NCBI GenBank assembly: GCA_944386175.1
Contig: CALXAB010000001.1
Span: forward strand, 47,645-111,644
Length of the DNA stretch: 64,000 nucleotides
Direction of reading: 5' to 3'
DNA from: an uncultured Clostridia bacterium
GTDB taxonomy: Bacteria; Bacillota; Clostridia; TANB77; CAG-508
Positions within the stretch are counted from its first letter, which is position 1. Each line of letters starts with the position of its first letter. The notes beneath the pieces were generated by a model. It searched no databases, was not told the DNA's origin, and worked only from the letters and a program-made list of their open reading frames with translations. The position numbers and the translations under genes are program-made. This document shows, piece after piece, positions 30,083 to 40,821 of this stretch.

Positions 30083-31447
30083 TTAAAGCTCTTTATCAAG
30101 GTAGATTTTTAAATCTTCCTCTTTTCTCTCTTTCTGTAATCTTCTCATCTTGTCAACACTACTTACACCTTCAAGTAATTTAAATCCTAATTTCACGGCA
30201 ATATTATAGGACATAGATTTACCTATTTCGAGAGTTTTCATATATACTCTTTCATAACCATCCTCTTTCATTACTTCAATAGCATATTTCATTAACTCTG
30301 TCCCAATTCCTTTTCCACGAAACTCTTGTAAGACTGTTATATCAGCAAGATATGCTGTTTTTTCTGGATTATCATAATGGACAGGATGCCTATCTTTTAA
30401 TAACATTTTTCTAAAAGTTACTGTTCCTATACATTCATCTCCAATATAATATCCATAAACATGACCGTATTTTGTTAGTTCTTCATATTCTTCTTTGATT
30501 AAATCATCTGTCCAATCCTCACAATATGGGGGATTACAAAATACTTTATATGCTTTTATAAAGTCTTTTATTTTATCTGGTGTTATTGCTTTGATTCTCC
30601 GTGCCATCATAGTTTTTTCCTCCTCTAATTCAATTGAATATTTTTTTCCATCAGTTTCAACATTGCCTAAAATAGTAGCCTTTTCAAAATTCCCTTCTTT
30701 ATAGATTATGTCTGCTGTAATAATCAATCCAGAAGGCTGTAAAACATCAATTTTTACACTTTCATTTTTTAAATAAGCTTCTACAATACATGTAGCTGTT
30801 GTCCCAGACCCACATGCTGTTTCATAGAAAAGTGTATGAATTTCCTTAACCCATACAATTGGATTAATCTTTATTACACCTTTTTCTTTTTCGCAGAACA
30901 TAACTCCTACTGCTTCACTATATTCAAGATGATATTTATGAATATAGTGCATCCCCATTGCTTTTAAATCCTTCTTATTAATAAGATATTTTTTAGCAAT
31001 TTCATCTTGAATAACTACAGTTACCATACCATTCATTTTTACAATAAAAATTCCTGGCTCTTTTTCAGTGATTACATCATCACCATGATAAAGTGGAATT
31101 TCGCACCATGCCTTTCCTTCTTCATCAACTCCTGCATTAATCAAATCTTTAGAATTTACAAACATTTGTAAATTCCCTGATTTACCATTTAAATAAATGG
31201 TTGCTGCACTTCTTGTTGCATTACCACAAAACTCTCCCCCTGCCATTTGCAATTCAGGTTTATGATTTAATTCAATAAACCCAACCTGCTCAACATTAGA
31301 ATGTTTTGCCATAATCAAATCGTTGATTTTCTTTCTCTGTTTTTGTGTATATTCCAATCCATAAACGAATGCTGTATCATTACCAGCTGGTCTATAAATT
31401 GAATATTCCACATTAGTTACAGATGCTTTGCAATGTTTTTCGTTCAT
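30083..31447 (-). CDS. Fusion of a DapF-family PLP-independent amino-acid racemase/epimerase with a C-terminal GNAT N-acetyltransferase
   Basis: AGNDTAFV, GGEFCGNATRS and TACGSGTTA correspond to the DapF/HisR-type GNDF, CGNG and ACGSG two-cysteine motifs. C-terminal ...FRGKGIGTELMKYA... is the GNAT acetyl-CoA-binding motif A. Confidence 0.6.
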   Translation of the reverse strand: MNEKHCKASVTNVEYSIYRPAGNDTAFVYGLEYTQKQRKKINDLIMAKHSNVEQVGFIELNHKPELQMAGGEFCGNATRSAATIYLNGKSGNLQMFVNSKDLINAGVDEEGKAWCEIPLYHGDDVITEKEPGIFIVKMNGMVTVVIQDEIAKKYLINKKDLKAMGMHYIHKYHLEYSEAVGVMFCEKEKGVIKINPIVWVKEIHTLFYETACGSGTTATCIVEAYLKNESVKIDVLQPSGLIITADIIYKEGNFEKATILGNVETDGKKYSIELEEEKTMMARRIKAITPDKIKDFIKAYKVFCNPPYCEDWTDDLIKEEYEELTKYGHVYGYYIGDECIGTVTFRKMLLKDRHPVHYDNPEKTAYLADITVLQEFRGKGIGTELMKYAIEVMKEDGYERVYMKTLEIGKSMSYNIAVKLGFKLLEGVSSVDKMRRLQKERKEEDLKIYLDKEL

Positions 31448-31579
31448 AATGTTCTCCTTTCTTTGAATTGAAGGTAAGTATAAAATATTTATACTTAGTA
31501 ATGAATAAATTACATTAATTATTATATATTCATTTTATGTAAAAGTCAAGAAAATCCAGTATATTCAAGACTTTTACGG

Positions 31580-32206
31580 TTATTTATTATTTTGTTTTTC
31601 TATTAAATCAATTAAATTTAAAATTTCTTCCTTCTTATACTTAAATTTAGTCTTATTACAAATTAATCTTGTACTTACATCTGCTATTTTCTCTATAACT
31701 TCTAAGCCATTCGCTTTCAATGTTGCTCCTGTTTCTACTATATCTACTATTGCATCTGTTAATCCAACTACTGGTCCTAATTCAACTGACCCTTCAAGTT
31801 TTATTATTTCAACATCTTCATCTTTACTTTCAAAATAGTTTTTAGCAACACTAGGATATTTTGTTGCTATCCTTTTTCTTCTATTTAATTTTAGATTTTT
31901 ATATTCAGGATAACTACAGACTGCAAATGAGCATTTTCCTATTTCCAAATCTAGTAATTCATAATAATTTTTAAAAGAATTTTCCAGTAATGTATCACTA
32001 CCTACAATTCCTATATCAACAATACCATGTTCAATAAAGGTAACTACATCGTTTGACTTTGCAAATATTATTATCATTTTATCTTCTACGTTTATTTGTA
32101 ATTCTCTTTTTTTATTTATCATAGATTCTACATTATATCCTAATTTTTCTAACATTTCTGTCATCTTTTTTTCTATTCTACCCTTTGTTAAGGCTATCTT
32201 TAACAT
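31580..32206 (-). CDS. hisG: ATP phosphoribosyltransferase, short form (HisG-S)
   Basis: About 205 aa HisG short form overlapping hisZ. Start taken at [10 protein letters not shown]. Confidence 0.85.
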   Translation of the reverse strand: MLKIALTKGRIEKKMTEMLEKLGYNVESMINKKRELQINVEDKMIIIFAKSNDVVTFIEHGIVDIGIVGSDTLLENSFKNYYELLDLEIGKCSFAVCSYPEYKNLKLNRRKRIATKYPSVAKNYFESKDEDVEIIKLEGSVELGPVVGLTDAIVDIVETGATLKANGLEVIEKIADVSTRLICNKTKFKYKKEEILNLIDLIEKQNNK

Positions 32207-33176
32207 TTTGTTCACCTGCTCTTTCTACTGCTTTTAATATATTATCCATATAATAAGCCATTCCTATGGCTGGTACATCCTTTCCGAAATTGTTATATAA
32301 TTTGTCATATCTTCCACCACTTATTATAGGTTCTTCTACAAATTTACTATATACTTTAAATATAATTCCTGTATAATATTCCATATTAGGAACACAAGCC
32401 AAATCAAACAAATCTTGTTGTTTCATATTCATGGTTTCATACAATTCTTTCAATTCTATTAGACTATTCTTTAATTCATTATCTCTTAATTTTTCTATGG
32501 TTCTTACTAATATTTCTATATTTCCATTAAGTCTTGGTAAAGATATTAAAAAATTGCTTATATTTTTATCTATATTATATTTATCACAAAATTTTTTTAA
32601 TCCACTTATATTTTTTTGTAGTAATAGCTGCGAAAACTCTTTCTTTTTTTCAGATCCAACTATTTGGCATAATCTATTATAAAAACTAGCTGAACCAAGT
32701 TCTATCTTTAAATCCTTTAATCCAAAAAGTGGTAAAGATTTTTGTAATAATGATATACACTCTACATCTCCTTCTATTGCTTTTTTTCCAATTAATTCTA
32801 TCCCTACTTGGTATATTTCGCTATTCTTTCCTTTATGTTCCTTTTCTTTTCTATATACTTTTCCAAAATAGCAATACCTTTTTATTTCATCTTTTTTTTG
32901 TGATACATAGTATCTAGCTATTGGAACTGTAAAATCCCATCTTAAAGCAACATCTTTTCCTTCTTTATTTATATATTTGAATAAAGTACTCTCATCTAAA
33001 TTCTTATATACACTTTTATATAATTCCACATATTCAAATGTTGGCATCAGCATTTCTATATATTTTTCATCATAGAATATCTTTCTCAATTTACTTTCAA
33101 AATTTCTTAATTTATTAACATTCTCAGTAATTACCCCACTACTTTCTTCTGGTATTGAAAATTTGTATAATTCCAT
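32178..33176 (-). CDS. hisZ: ATP phosphoribosyltransferase regulatory subunit HisZ
   Basis: A 332-aa HisRS-like catalytic core ([16 protein letters not shown]) without an anticodon-binding domain. Directly upstream of the short-form hisG. Confidence 0.8.
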   Translation of the reverse strand: MELYKFSIPEESSGVITENVNKLRNFESKLRKIFYDEKYIEMLMPTFEYVELYKSVYKNLDESTLFKYINKEGKDVALRWDFTVPIARYYVSQKKDEIKRYCYFGKVYRKEKEHKGKNSEIYQVGIELIGKKAIEGDVECISLLQKSLPLFGLKDLKIELGSASFYNRLCQIVGSEKKKEFSQLLLQKNISGLKKFCDKYNIDKNISNFLISLPRLNGNIEILVRTIEKLRDNELKNSLIELKELYETMNMKQQDLFDLACVPNMEYYTGIIFKVYSKFVEEPIISGGRYDKLYNNFGKDVPAIGMAYYMDNILKAVERAGEQNVKDSLNKG

Positions 33177-33482
33177 AAAAATTCTCCTTTCACATTAAAA
33201 AGCTATATAGTTAAATAATATCTTTCTATGAATATTATCTACCTATATAGCTTTATATTTTTATATAGGCACATCAAAATCGACTTGTGCCTATACATTA
33301 TATTAGACACAAGTTTAAAAATGATGATGCACTTTATTTATATTTTTAGTTATATTCTTCATTTTTATTCCTCTTTTTTCTTATTTTTAATTATAATACA
33401 TTATTTTTTTATATATGTCAAGTACAAAATTCATTTTTTTTAACATGCTATAACCAATTATGATTATAGCATGCTTTAGATT

Positions 33483-33767
33483 TTACTTAGAGAAAGATAT
33501 AATTGCATAATGTCGCTTTGCATCAATTTGATAATAAGAATGCCCCCTAATATTAATTGGCTTTTCTATTGTTTTAATAGAAATTTTCAGCCCATTACCA
33601 TTTGCCCAGCTTGTTAGTTCTCTTTCCATAGCAACATCTACATCCCTTTTTTCTTTTTCAATCTGAACTTTCTTGAAAAATACTAATGCTACTTTTACTT
33701 TGAACTTAATCCATTCCGTATCAAACCGTGACCTTTCTCTTCTTTTTCTACTTTCAAATTTTGACAT
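33483..33767 (-). CDS. Hypothetical basic protein of 94 aa, possibly a gene fragment
   Basis: ORF only. Arg/Lys-rich N-terminus. No recognisable domain. Confidence 0.3.
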   Translation of the reverse strand: MSKFESRKRRERSRFDTEWIKFKVKVALVFFKKVQIEKEKRDVDVAMERELTSWANGNGLKISIKTIEKPINIRGHSYYQIDAKRHYAIISFSK

Positions 33768-33873
33768 ATAGATTTACCTCCTACTATTTATTTTATTTAT
33801 TTTATCACATACACTTATATTTTTCAATTAAAATTTTAGGAAGCCATGCATTATACACAGCTCCCTATGATTT

Positions 33874-35205
33874 TCAGTCCTTATTATTAGTTTCGATAAA
33901 TTGCATAATCCCTTCATAGTCAAAGATACCGAACTCTCGATTGTTTCCAGTTTCCATATCCTTGACTTGGATTTTTTGCTGTTTGATTTCATCTTCCCCA
34001 ATAATAATAACGTAAGGAATGTTCATTTTGTTGGCATAATTCATACTTTTTTTCAGTTTCTGAGTCTTTTTTTCCATTTCTGTTTTGATTCCAACTTCAC
34101 GCATTTTAGTAACAAACTTAAATGTCTGTTCTTCTGTTCCCATTGGAATCACAAACAAATCAACGGTAGAAAACTTTTTGTCAGAATTCTTTAAGACTAA
34201 AATTTCATATATAACATCTAATCCAAAAGACATTCCAACTGCTGGATATTCATTTCCATCATCAATGAATGTTGTAATAATTTTATCGTATCTGCCTCCT
34301 CCTCCTATGCTCATGTTGAAATCTTGTACACCAACTTTTCTGTCTTTCAGGAAAATCTCCCAAACTGTACCAGTATATATATCAATCCCTCTTGCCAAAT
34401 AAGGAGCAAATTTCATGCATTTTTCGGCCTCTGTTCCTGACAGATAATCATATAATGCATCAATTTCTTTTATCCCTTCGGCAATCATTTCATTATCATA
34501 TACTGATAATAATCTTTTTAATGTTACATAATCAGAGTTTAGAACATTTTTCAATGCCTCCACTTTATTGGCATCAATACCAATAGCTGCAAACTCTTCA
34601 AATAATTCTTCCTCTGTGAGTTTGGCAAACTTATCAATCAACATGATTGATTTTCTTAATATTTCTTCCGAAACATCACCAAAAATAGAGAAGATGATAC
34701 CACTCAATAGCTTTCTGTTGTTGAATTCTATTTCAATGTCAAGTCCTAGCTCTTTATATGCTTCGCTTGTCATTGTCATGTATTCTGCTTCTGCTAAAAC
34801 ACTTTTAACTCCAACAACATCAACATCGCATTGGGTAAATTCTCTGTTTCTACCTACCTTAACTGGACCATCTCTAAAAACTTTTCCAATCTCATACCGT
34901 TTAAAGGGTAAGGTAACTCCTTTATTTGAACTAATCAATTTAGAAAAAGTGATTGTCAAATCATACCTTAAACCCAGTTTTCTTTTTCCTTGATCACTCA
35001 ATTTGTACATCTCGTTCAGAATATCTGCACCTTCTGAATATTTAGATGCCAATAAGTCATACATACAAAGAATTGGTGTTTCGACTGGTGAAAATCCGTA
35101 CTTTACAAAGATGCTTTGCAATACACTTTTGATTTTTTCCCGGATAATTTGTTTTTCCGGCAAATAATCATAAGTCCCCTTTAAGTTTTCAAAATTTCTG
35201 CTCAT
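33874..35205 (-). CDS. hisS: Histidyl-tRNA synthetase
   Basis: 443-aa class II HisRS with an anticodon-binding domain (GGGGRYD...FVIPMG). It is a paralogue of the copy at 27998-29317. Confidence 0.85.
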   Translation of the reverse strand: MSRNFENLKGTYDYLPEKQIIREKIKSVLQSIFVKYGFSPVETPILCMYDLLASKYSEGADILNEMYKLSDQGKRKLGLRYDLTITFSKLISSNKGVTLPFKRYEIGKVFRDGPVKVGRNREFTQCDVDVVGVKSVLAEAEYMTMTSEAYKELGLDIEIEFNNRKLLSGIIFSIFGDVSEEILRKSIMLIDKFAKLTEEELFEEFAAIGIDANKVEALKNVLNSDYVTLKRLLSVYDNEMIAEGIKEIDALYDYLSGTEAEKCMKFAPYLARGIDIYTGTVWEIFLKDRKVGVQDFNMSIGGGGRYDKIITTFIDDGNEYPAVGMSFGLDVIYEILVLKNSDKKFSTVDLFVIPMGTEEQTFKFVTKMREVGIKTEMEKKTQKLKKSMNYANKMNIPYVIIIGEDEIKQQKIQVKDMETGNNREFGIFDYEGIMQFIETNNKD

Positions 35206-35450
35206 AAAATTACTCCTTTCTGAAAATCATGGAAAATCATACTTTTAATTTTCCTTAGTCTATATGAACATTCTTCGCAATTATTATACTGTATTTTACT
35301 AAATTTGTCAATTATTTACATAATTTTTTCACCTAAAAAAGCACATTATATCAATACTTTTGATACAATATGCTTTAATAATTTTAATATAAATTATTAT
35401 TTTATATTTAATTATTTATATAGTATTTATAATTTTTATATGTTACATTA

Positions 35451-36125
35451 TTAAAATTCCCTTATATCATATCTAAAATATAGTCCATCCATTTTTATTT
35501 TATGAAAATCTTTTATTATATTTTCTTTGACTTTATTAAAATCTTTTCCTACTCTTCTTAATGCAAATACTCTACCTCCTGAAGGATATAGTATATTATT
35601 TTTTGATATTATATGTTCCCCTATAATATCTGTTGTATTTTTTACTTTGTTCATACCTAAAATTGGTTCATCAAAACTACTTCTTTCTACTTCTGGATAT
35701 CCTGCTGAAAATCCATACATTGCTATAGAAAAGCAGTCTTTTTTCCAACAATTATTTATCTTTTCTACATCTTCATAAAAGAAATTTATTATATCTATAA
35801 AAGGTTTATTCAGTAACCCTAATAAAGCTAACCACTCTGGATTACCTGTTCTTGTATTATATTCTAATACATATACTTTTTTATCTTCGGTAACCATTAT
35901 TCCTATATATAAAATATAGTTATATTCCATATTTTCTTTTTTCATACCTCTTATAGTTGGTTCTATTATATCTTTTTTTAATTGTTCTTCTTTTTCTGTG
36001 CTAACTCTTGCATAAGCACATACTCTTAAATTACCTTTTATAACTTCTCCTGTTGTTCTATTAATTCTTCCTTTTTTCTTCTCTATTACTTGTACTTTCA
36101 AATTTAACCTCTCTTTCTCAAGCAT
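35451..36125 (-). pseudogene. purD: Chimeric ORF: the first 48 codons of a large serine recombinase, including the catalytic RVST, fused in frame to the C-terminal ~175 aa of phosphoribosylamine-glycine ligase (PurD)
   Basis: The N-terminus MLEKERLNLKVQVIEKKKGRINRTTGEVIKGNLRVCAYARVSTEKEEQ is identical, apart from one I-to-N substitution, to the start of the intact recombinase at 48681-50573. The remainder (VLEYNTRTGNPE...YGFSAGYP...SGGRVFALRRVG...GLYFRYDIR) aligns with the PurD ATP-grasp C-terminus. Confidence 0.7.
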
Positions 36126-36168
36126 AGAGAATCTTTATGTTTGTATTATATACTAAAATTTTATATTT

Positions 36169-36354
36169 TTAAATACCTATGTGGATTAAATTATATTCTT
36201 TTAAAATATTTTGTTTTAGTTCTAAATATCTTTTCTCTTTAATTAATCCTGCATTATATGTTTTATTTAGAATTGCTATTTTAATGCTACAATTAAAAAT
36301 ATTTTCATTTAGTTTTACATTTTTCGTATTATCAAATTTTACTTCGTACAACAT
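36169..36354 (-). CDS. Small conserved protein of 61 aa encoded immediately upstream of the serine recombinases
   Basis: A strong RBS agaggagga precedes it. It is paralogous to 50617-50802 and, more distantly, to 42882-43058. Confidence 0.5.
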   Translation of the reverse strand: MLYEVKFDNTKNVKLNENIFNCSIKIAILNKTYNAGLIKEKRYLELKQNILKEYNLIHIGI

Positions 36355-36379
36355 AAAAATCCTCCTCTGCTTGAATTAA

Positions 36380-36890
36380 ATTTCAAAAAAGAGCGACAAA
36401 AAAGCCAGCCGGCTAGCTAGACTGACTTCTTTGTCTTACATTTTTTGATAATACAATTATATTATGCTGTTCTATAAAGTTCAATTCCCGTTTTTTTCCC
36501 TTTTTTCTATTTTAATTGATAAAGCGTTGACTTTTTAGTTAGTACACTAAGTAAACTTGTGTAAAAATTTTTTTAATTATTTTTTACTTTATTATTTTTG
36601 AGTTCACTTAGTGTACTTTTTGTTTTGTATTTAAAAACCTTAGTTCACTTAGTGAATAAAAAACTAACTTTCAAGTACACTTGGTGAACTTTTTCTTAAA
36701 AATCACTTATTTTTCGTTCATTTAGTGAACTTTTGCACTCTCAAAGGCATTTTTTAGCTGTTCATTCGGTGAATTTCCGCATCAAATTTGCTTAAAATTT
36801 TTGTTCTTTTGTTAACTCTTGAAGGCTTGTCCTTCAATGTGTATAGGCGATGTGTGCACACTCGCTTTCCTGCCTTTAGTATTGTTTTTT
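36380..36890. repeat. Array of parS-like 15-bp palindromes (GTTCAC-N3-GTGAAC and variants, 6 sites) plus a conserved hairpin
   Basis: Sites TAGTACACTAAGTAAAC, GTTCACTTAGTGTAC, GTTCACTTAGTGAAT, GTACACTTGGTGAAC, GTTCATTTAGTGAAC and GTTCATTCGGTGAAT. The region is about 95% identical to 50940-51350. Confidence 0.8.
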
Positions 36891-36891
36891 A

Positions 36892-38670
36892 TCATATATT
36901 AATTACTTTTTGTTGACTCATATATAATTTATAATAATTTCCTTTTATGCTCATTAATTCTTCATGAGTTCCATATTCTACTATTTCTTTATCTTTAATA
37001 AAAAATATTCTGTCACTATCCACTATTGTAGATAATCTATGAGCAATCGTTATTACAGTTTTATTTTTAACCATTTCTTTTGTTAGATTTTGTAGCATTT
37101 TTTCTGTTTTTACATCAATCTTACTTGTTGCTTCATCGAAGATTAATATTTTAGGGTTATTAATAATTGTTCTTATATAGCATAATACCTGTTTTTCTCC
37201 ATCTGATAGATTTTTTCCATTACTACTTAATTTTGTATTGTATCCATCTTCTAAACTCATTATCCAATTATGTACATTCAATCTTTTACATATTTCTATT
37301 ACTTTATCATCAGTTATATTTTCATTTCCATATTTTAAATTTTTCATAATGCTTGTACTAAATAAGTAATTTTCTTGTTGCATAATAGCTATCTGTTTTC
37401 TAAGTCTATTTAGTTTTATATTTCTAACATCTTCTCCATCAATAAAAATATTTCCTGAATCTATATCATAAAATCTTCCAATTAGATTTGTAATAGTGGT
37501 TTTTCCACTTCCTGTACTACCTACAATAGCTACTTTTTCTTGCGGTTTTACTTTAAAAGATATATTATTTAAAACTTTATTATTTTCTATATAAGAAAAA
37601 CTAACATTTTTAAATTCTATTTCACCTTTTATTTTGATGTCTTTAGCATCTATTTTATCTTTTATATCTATTTTTTCATCCATTGTTTCAAATATTCTCT
37701 CTAAATATGTAATTGAATTAATAAAATCATCTAATGTTTTAAATAAGTCTTCTATAGGTTGCCAAAAGTTAGATGAATAACTTCCCATAGCAACAATAGT
37801 TCCAACTGATGTAGTTGGATATAAAAACATCGCTCCTACAAAATATATTGTTGCAGTTACCCAATGTGACATTGTTTGTACACTACACCATCCAATATTG
37901 CCAAATTTTATTTGTTTGCAACTTGCATCTTTCCAACTTCTACTTAAATCATTAAATATATCTTCATTCTTTTCTTCTCTATTAAATGCTTGGGTTATTT
38001 GCATTCCTTTTAATGTTTCTAATAGATATGCATTAGTATTAGAATTTTTATTATTAATTAGTAATTTATTTTTTCTCTTTATCTTAGCTGTTGAAGCAAA
38101 TATAAAAATAAGTATTACTATTCCAACTAATGCGATTAATGTTAGTTTCACACTTGTTAAAAACATAAATATCAGAATAATAAGCATATTAAATATGTTT
38201 AAAAATGTTGTTACTAATTTATCTGTAATTAGAGTAGAAACATCTTCTGCATATTCTGTTAGTCTAACTAGTATTTTTCCATGAGGTCTTGTGTCGTAAT
38301 AATTAACTGATAAATACTGAATATGTGAAAACAAATCATTTTTTATATCTTCTACAATATTTTGATTTACTTTAGCCAACATTTTTTTATACACTTTAGT
38401 TACAATAATAGACAATAATACTAAAAATAATGCTAATAATATTATGATAAACAATTTTTCATAATCGCTATTAGGAATAACATCATCGATTACATATTGT
38501 AGTATTTTAGTGATAAATAAAGTAGCTATAATAGATATACAATTTAAAATAAATATAATAATCAATTTTGATTTATATTTTTTTATGTATGTTAAACCTC
38601 TTTTATAATTAGAAAGACTGAATGAAGTATTTTTTTCATCTTGGTCATATTTGTTTACACTCATATACAT
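36892..38670 (-). CDS. ABC exporter, fused permease-ATPase subunit (type I exporter half-transporter)
   Basis: Six TM helices followed by an NBD with Walker A GSTGSGKTT, signature LSDGEKQ and Walker B ILIFDEA. Confidence 0.85.
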   Translation of the reverse strand: MYMSVNKYDQDEKNTSFSLSNYKRGLTYIKKYKSKLIIIFILNCISIIATLFITKILQYVIDDVIPNSDYEKLFIIILLALFLVLLSIIVTKVYKKMLAKVNQNIVEDIKNDLFSHIQYLSVNYYDTRPHGKILVRLTEYAEDVSTLITDKLVTTFLNIFNMLIILIFMFLTSVKLTLIALVGIVILIFIFASTAKIKRKNKLLINNKNSNTNAYLLETLKGMQITQAFNREEKNEDIFNDLSRSWKDASCKQIKFGNIGWCSVQTMSHWVTATIYFVGAMFLYPTTSVGTIVAMGSYSSNFWQPIEDLFKTLDDFINSITYLERIFETMDEKIDIKDKIDAKDIKIKGEIEFKNVSFSYIENNKVLNNISFKVKPQEKVAIVGSTGSGKTTITNLIGRFYDIDSGNIFIDGEDVRNIKLNRLRKQIAIMQQENYLFSTSIMKNLKYGNENITDDKVIEICKRLNVHNWIMSLEDGYNTKLSSNGKNLSDGEKQVLCYIRTIINNPKILIFDEATSKIDVKTEKMLQNLTKEMVKNKTVITIAHRLSTIVDSDRIFFIKDKEIVEYGTHEELMSIKGNYYKLYMSQQKVINI

Positions 38671-40379
38671 TCCTCCATATTATTTACTTGAATATCATAA
38701 ATTTCTTTATATTCTCCATTCTTATTCAATAATTCTTCATGTGAACCACTCTCTATGATTTCTCCGTTTTTCATTACAAATATGACATCAGCATTTTTTA
38801 CAGAAAGAATTTTTTGTGCAATTATAATTTTTGTACATCTATATTTCAAATTATTAATATTTTCAGTAACTTCTAATTCAGTTTCAAAATCTAGTGCGGA
38901 AGTTATATCATCTAATATTAATATACTAGGTCTCTTAGCTAATGCTCTTGCCAAAGATAAACGCTGTTTTTCACCTCCTGATAAACTCACTCCATTTTCT
39001 CCTATTATTGTATTAATATCCTCTGGTAAATCAAATACATAATCAGCTTTAGCCAATTTTAAACATTTTTTTATTTCTTCTTCTTTTAAATCTTCATTTC
39101 CAAAACTAACATTATTGGAAATAGTATCAGAAAACAGAAAAGGAGTTTGAGAAACATAACCGATATTTTTTCTTAATGATTTTAATGTATATGTATTTAT
39201 TAAATTATCGTCTATTTCTATCTTTCCACTTGAACATTCTATCAGTCTTAACATCAGTTTTCCAATAGTAGATTTTCCACTCCCTATTTCTCCAATAAAT
39301 GCATAAGTCTTATTGGGCTTTAAATCTAAATTAATATTTTTTATAACTTTCCTATTATTAAGTTTGACATTAACCCCTTTAAAAATAATATTTTCCCAAT
39401 TATTTAATATTAAACTTCCTTTATCTTTTATTTTAGGTTCAGTTTCTAATAATTTTCTTACTTTTGATACAGATACTCTAAATTGTTGCCATTCATTTAT
39501 AAAACCACTTAATTCTATAAACGGTTTTCTTATAGTGCCTATAAAAGAATTAATAATAATAAATTGTCCCATTGTCGTGTAACCTTTTATAACAAATATT
39601 CCCCCAAATAAAGTTAATAATATTTGCATACAATATGATAAAAATGTGACTATATTGTCATAAGAGATATTCATATTTTGTATTTCTAAATTCTTATTTT
39701 TCAAATTTCTATTCTTTACTTTAAAGTTATCTATTTCTTTTTGTTCTGTTGCAAATGTTTTGATTAATCTATTTCCTTCTATATTTTCTTGTATATAATT
39801 ATTTAGGTTTGACAAACTTTCTCTTTGATCTTTATATAATTCCTTTGATTTTTTTATATGTTTTTTAGATATAACTGCAATTATAGGAGTAGGTATTAAA
39901 ATAATTAGTGTTAAAATTGGGTTTATATATAGGCAGTAAATTGTAGTTAAAATACTAGTAGTTAACATGCTTATAGATTGTTTTATCACAAAACACATAT
40001 TATGATGAATAATGCTATTATCTGTTGTTAAAAGCGTGCTTATTTCTCCCAAAGTTTTTTCTTCGTAAAAATCTTGATTTAATTCATTCAATTTTTTATA
40101 ACATTCAACTTTTAACTTATGTGCTAAATTAAATCTAACATGATCCATTATTAATATTCCAAAATAAGTTATCAGCCTACCTATAAAATACATACTAATA
40201 GATATAATAAAAAGGTATGGAATAATAGAAAAATTACTCTCATATATACCTTTATCTATTATTTCTCCTAATAGTATAACTGGTAATATTTTAGAAATTC
40301 CTCCACCTAATATTATCATTAAATTTGAAATCCAATATCTAAAATTATATTCTTTAATAAATTTTAATACCCATCTCAT
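38661..40379 (-). CDS. ABC exporter, fused permease-ATPase subunit (heterodimer partner)
   Basis: Six TM helices followed by an NBD with GEIGSGKST, LSGGEKQRLSLARAL and ILILDD. Confidence 0.85.
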   Translation of the reverse strand: MRWVLKFIKEYNFRYWISNLMIILGGGISKILPVILLGEIIDKGIYESNFSIIPYLFIISISMYFIGRLITYFGILIMDHVRFNLAHKLKVECYKKLNELNQDFYEEKTLGEISTLLTTDNSIIHHNMCFVIKQSISMLTTSILTTIYCLYINPILTLIILIPTPIIAVISKKHIKKSKELYKDQRESLSNLNNYIQENIEGNRLIKTFATEQKEIDNFKVKNRNLKNKNLEIQNMNISYDNIVTFLSYCMQILLTLFGGIFVIKGYTTMGQFIIINSFIGTIRKPFIELSGFINEWQQFRVSVSKVRKLLETEPKIKDKGSLILNNWENIIFKGVNVKLNNRKVIKNINLDLKPNKTYAFIGEIGSGKSTIGKLMLRLIECSSGKIEIDDNLINTYTLKSLRKNIGYVSQTPFLFSDTISNNVSFGNEDLKEEEIKKCLKLAKADYVFDLPEDINTIIGENGVSLSGGEKQRLSLARALAKRPSILILDDITSALDFETELEVTENINNLKYRCTKIIIAQKILSVKNADVIFVMKNGEIIESGSHEELLNKNGEYKEIYDIQVNNMEECI

Positions 40380-40511
40380 TTATATTTTTTCTCCAATATT
40401 TATTATATTTTTATATTACTTTTCATATTCTATCATAATTTTATTTCTTTCTCAATAAAATTATAAAGTTTCAAAATATATTTATCCTTACATTTGCTTA
40501 ATTATGAAAAA

Positions 40512-40586
40512 ATCCGCAATAGAAATAATGTCAAGAGCGAGTGATAATGAGTTTATTTACTCTTGATATTATTTTTATTGCAGATT
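40512..40586. promoter_or_regulatory. Long palindromic operator (24-bp arms, 22-bp spacer) with inward-facing TTGACA boxes and divergent promoters
   Basis: CTCCAATAGAAATAATGTCAAGAG ... CTCTTGACATTATT. On the + strand, TTGATA-N17-TAAATT. A near-identical copy at 57947-58026 has TTGACA-N17-TAAAAT. Confidence 0.6.
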
Positions 40587-40821
40587 AAATTTACCCTGCA
40601 AATGTATGAGGCAAAAAATAAGTATCAGTACATATCTACCGACACTTAAATTTATAAAGATTCTCTATTACTTATTTCATAAATTCTTTCTAGCAATTGA
40701 AATAACTGATAATTTTACATATCTACAATTAAACACAACCTATATATGTCATGCTTATCATAGACACAATCTCAAATTCCCTAGTATTTCAAACACTTCT
40801 ATCAATTTTCTAAAATTTAAT

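Noticed and set aside
33177-33480. T-box or other attenuator upstream of the his cassette, and at 35206-35450 upstream of hisS
   Set aside because: No AGGGTGGNACCGCG T-box sequence was found on either strand. Only a bidirectional hairpin is present (GCATGCTATAA…TTATAGCATGC at about 33440-33475, plus TATAGGCACA…TGTGCCTATA at about 33250-33290), and these look like terminators.
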